In this document: in pieces, positions 60,980-64,000 of the stretch
How positions within the stretch are numbered: the stretch's first letter is position 1
Layout: each line of letters starts with the position of its first letter
Assembly (NCBI GenBank): GCA_963663235.2
Contig: CAXXNO010000008.1
Span: 128,001-192,000 of the forward strand
Source: Dehalococcoidia bacterium
Lineage (GTDB): Bacteria; Chloroflexota; Dehalococcoidia; Bin125
DNA: 64,000 nucleotides
Direction of reading: 5' to 3'
The notes under the pieces: model-generated
Databases searched by the model: none
The model's input: the letters and a program-made list of their open reading frames with translations, nothing else
What the model was told of the DNA's origin: nothing
Program-made: the position numbers and the translations under genes

Positions 60980-62020
60980 ATGGGGTTGATCGGTTCGCGC
61001 TTCGTTCGACGCAGGCTTCTGTTCTTTATACCGCAACTCCTTCTCGTTACGGTTATCACCTTTTCGCTCATCGAGTTCTTGCCGGGCGACCCGACAGACA
61101 TCCTGGTAGGCCCGCTAGCGCTACCGGAAGACAGGCAGCGCCTGCGGGAGAGCCTTGGACTCGATGATCCCGTCGTCGACCGATATTTCCGCTACGTCGG
61201 AAACGTCGTGACAGGGGACCTTGGCTACTCCTGGTATAACTCGCAGGCTGTGACACGCATCGTCGGCGAACGGCTTCCGCGTACACTCGAGCTGATCACA
61301 ATCACTCTCCTCGTCGCTCTCATAATCATGATTCCGCTGGGCGCGCGCGCAGCAACGCTGCGGAGGACGGGCAAGGCTGCAATCGCTGACAAGGCGATCG
61401 GAAAGGTGATCCAGGTGTATGGGCTGCTTGCTGGATCCTTGGCCGATTTCTGGGTGGCGCTGATCCTCATCTTCGTCTTCTACGCGTCTCTGGGCTGGTC
61501 ACCGCTTCCGAACGGCGCGTTTGGACTGGGCGTGGACAAACCGCCGAATGTTACGGGGTTTCTCACTATCGATACGGTCATCAGCGGAAACGGCGCCGCG
61601 TTAAAGTCGTACTTGGGGCATCTGGTGCTGCCCGTCGCGACGCTGGTTTTTGTCTACGGCGGTGGGATCCTGAAAATCACGATCGCCAGTATGGCGGAGA
61701 TCAAAAACAGTCTGTACCTGGAGAATGCGCAGGCCATGGGGCTGAAGAGCAACACTCTGCGTAGCATCCAATTTCGCAACGCACTGCCTCCAGTGCTGAC
61801 CATGATTGGCATGGTGTACGGCTTCCTTCTGGGTGGCGCCGTATTGGTAGAGGCGATCTTCGGCCTCAACGGTTTCGGAAAGTTTGGTGTCGACTCGGTG
61901 CTCCAGTCGGATTTCATCGCTGCGCAGAGCTTCGTCCTCATCGCAGCCGTCTGGGTCATGTTGGTCTACCTGATCGTTGACCTGCTGCTCGCGTGGACCG
62001 ATCCGAGGCTGCGGTTGTGA
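60980..62020 (+). CDS. DppB-like ABC permease
   Basis: LPGDP, LGLDDP, GDLGYS, RLPRTLEL, GGAVLVEAIF, DPRLR. Confidence 0.92.
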   Translation: MGLIGSRFVRRRLLFFIPQLLLVTVITFSLIEFLPGDPTDILVGPLALPEDRQRLRESLGLDDPVVDRYFRYVGNVVTGDLGYSWYNSQAVTRIVGERLPRTLELITITLLVALIIMIPLGARAATLRRTGKAAIADKAIGKVIQVYGLLAGSLADFWVALILIFVFYASLGWSPLPNGAFGLGVDKPPNVTGFLTIDTVISGNGAALKSYLGHLVLPVATLVFVYGGGILKITIASMAEIKNSLYLENAQAMGLKSNTLRSIQFRNALPPVLTMIGMVYGFLLGGAVLVEAIFGLNGFGKFGVDSVLQSDFIAAQSFVLIAAVWVMLVYLIVDLLLAWTDPRLRL

Positions 62021-62973
62021 GAAGATCCAGGTTCCTCGCCGCAGTAACTCCACGGCTCGAGTTGCTGGGTGGCACTCGCCTGCTGACTGTGCGTCGACCG
62101 GGACTGCAGGCGGGGCTGATCTACGGCGGCGTGGTGATCCTCATCATCTTGACAGCGATCGGCCCGGAGCTGGGGAGCTGGCTCGAAGGCTGGGCGCCGA
62201 AAGCGTTCACCTGGGGATCAGAAGAGGTCGACTCCGGCCATGCTCTGGAGGCACCGAGCGGCCGGCATCTCTTCGGGACAGACGCGATCGGAATGGACAT
62301 CTTCATGCGTATCCTCGCAGCTCCTCGGATCAACCTGTTCATCGGCCTCACGGCGGGCGCCATCTCTGTGGCTATCGGCTTGCCGTTGGGCTTGATCGCG
62401 GGCTATGTGGGCGGACGCGGCCGGGCGGCGAGCTTCCTCAGCGAGCTGATCATGCGGGCTCAGGACGTGTTGCAGTCGTTTCCCGTGTTTGTCTTCGCCT
62501 TGGTGCTGGTGGCTGTGCGTGGCCTCTCCGTGGAAAACGTTATTATCGCCTTGACGATCGTGAATCTGCCAGCGTTCGCGCGCCTGGCGCGGGCGGAGAT
62601 GCTCTTGGTGCGCGAGCAACCCTACGCGGATGCGGCCCGGATCTTGGGTCACTCCAACGCGTGGATCATCTTCCGGCACCTGGCACCGAACTCTATCGCC
62701 TCCAGCCTGGCGACTGTCCCGATGGTTATCGGCTTCGTTATCCTTTTCACGGCGAGCCTGAGCTTCGTGGGCGCCGGCGTGCCGCCCCCCACCCCAGAGT
62801 TAGGTGGGATGATAGCCCGGGGTGCCAACAACATGGTGACAGGTGAGTGGTGGCCGTCCGTCTTCCCCGGCGTCGCGCTCGGCCTGATCGTGCTCATCTT
62901 GGCGTTCGCTGCGCAGGATATCGCGGCGCGCATGCGGAGCGTCAAGCGGCCCGCACAGGTGGCGTCACGGTAG
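62017..62973 (+). CDS. DppC-like ABC permease
   Basis: HLFGTDAIGMDIF, DAARILG, RHLAPN, LSFVGAG, WWPSVFPG. Confidence 0.92.
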   Translation: MRRSRFLAAVTPRLELLGGTRLLTVRRPGLQAGLIYGGVVILIILTAIGPELGSWLEGWAPKAFTWGSEEVDSGHALEAPSGRHLFGTDAIGMDIFMRILAAPRINLFIGLTAGAISVAIGLPLGLIAGYVGGRGRAASFLSELIMRAQDVLQSFPVFVFALVLVAVRGLSVENVIIALTIVNLPAFARLARAEMLLVREQPYADAARILGHSNAWIIFRHLAPNSIASSLATVPMVIGFVILFTASLSFVGAGVPPPTPELGGMIARGANNMVTGEWWPSVFPGVALGLIVLILAFAAQDIAARMRSVKRPAQVASR

Positions 62974-63209
62974 CCTGGGCCGAACCCGGAAGATCCAGAG
63001 GCGCTCGAGCTTCGGATCGATGGCCCAACAGGCAGCAACCCACGAACAGTGAGAAACGCGAGGCGCTGCTGGAGGAGATCTGTTGACCGCCGAAGGTCGG
63101 CAATCAGAGGCTCGGTTCACTCAATCCCAGCCGCAAGCTGGACGGCGCACGGTAGCAACGGGTTTCGTCCTTGCGGGCGGGACGTCACCGTGGCACTCCC
63201 GCCGGGAAG

Positions 63210-63720
63210 TATGTGGTGGTGACTACCTGCCAAAGATCGTCGGGATTGCTAGTGCCCTCGAGTTAATGTGGACGGGTCGTGCCTTTGACGCGCAGGAGGC
63301 GCTCCAATTGGGTTACGTATCCCGGGCGATATCCGACGACCCACTCGTGCCGGAGATAAGAGCGTTTGCGCAAACACTCGCCGGCGGCCCCGCAGTCGCG
63401 ATCCAGCTGACCAAGCGCCTCATCGCCGCCCGCCCCGACTTTACGCATGTCCGCACCCGCCACCGCTCACCCGAGACCAACGCAGTCATCGAACGCTTCG
63501 TCGGGGCGCTGAAGTACGAGCACCGCTACTGGGATGACATGGAGGACGGGGCCATGGTCGCCCGTGCGGTCGCGCGCTCCTGCCAGCTCTCCAACGCCGT
63601 CCGCCCCCCCGCGAGGCCCCCGGCTTCCGCACGCCCCTCACTGCCTGGCAGCACCTCGACCGGCCGCCGACAGCAAAGCTCTCCGGGGGCGGATCTGTCT
63701 CATCTCGCTGACACGGGACA
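63210..63720 (+). pseudogene. Chimeric remnant: enoyl-CoA hydratase fragment plus DDE transposase 3' fragment and IS end
   Basis: LPKIVGIASALELMWTG...AIQLTKRLI, then RTRHRSPETNAVIERF..LKYE; IR-like ...GACACGGGACA ending at 63720. Confidence 0.65.
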
Positions 63721-63880
63721 CATCTTGCGCGCCGAGGCTCTTGCGATTCGCGCGCCGTGAATCTGATCGCCCTGCCTCCTCCAACGCACGGTCGCCAACA
63801 AACAGCCACGAACGTGCAGTTGTCCCGCTTGACGTCTGTGCTAGCCTCCCACTGCAGTTCACAGGCTGGACGGTGCGAAG

Positions 63881-64000
63881 ATGCTCAAGCCAGGATTCTT
63901 GATCACGGCGCCGCCGGGCCAGCGTAAAGTCGTCATCGATGTTGCCCAGGAGCTGGAGCATCGAGGCTTTTCGCACATCTTCTGTCCCCATGACACTACG
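63881..64000 (+). CDS. Probable LLM class oxidoreductase, 5' part (runs off window)
   Basis: MLKPGFLITAPPGQRKVVIDVAQELEHRGFSHIFCPH resembles an LLM N-terminus. Confidence 0.55.
   Translation, partial: MLKPGFLITAPPGQRKVVIDVAQELEHRGFSHIFCPHDTT

Overview
GC-rich bacterial window. The gene content (four luciferase-like monooxygenases, three class III CoA-transferases, Rid proteins, lipoprotein solute-binding proteins) suggests Chloroflexota/Dehalococcoidia; this is an inference. The left ~38 kb is mostly intact catabolic genes. Its core (15.3-30.7 kb) holds a GrdB/PrdB-like selenoprotein (in-frame UGA, UxxC motif, SECIS hairpin) and the complete N-methylglutamate methylamine pathway (mgsABC, gmaS, mgd/soxBDAG). 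That pathway runs directly into an atypical urease operon (ureF-ureAB-ureC-ureG-ureD) whose UreC keeps all nickel ligands but has a remodelled substrate pocket. This is the best candidate for an undescribed system: a possible N-methylurea amidohydrolase feeding methylamine into the N-methylglutamate pathway. From tRNA-Lys (38.4 kb) onward lies a decayed genomic island. It contains a tyrosine integrase with tRNA-Gly att remnants, IS481-like and IS3 elements, a dense nest of IS termini, amine and peptide ABC transporter cargo, and many gene fragments. All family calls come from motif recognition by eye; no database searches were run.
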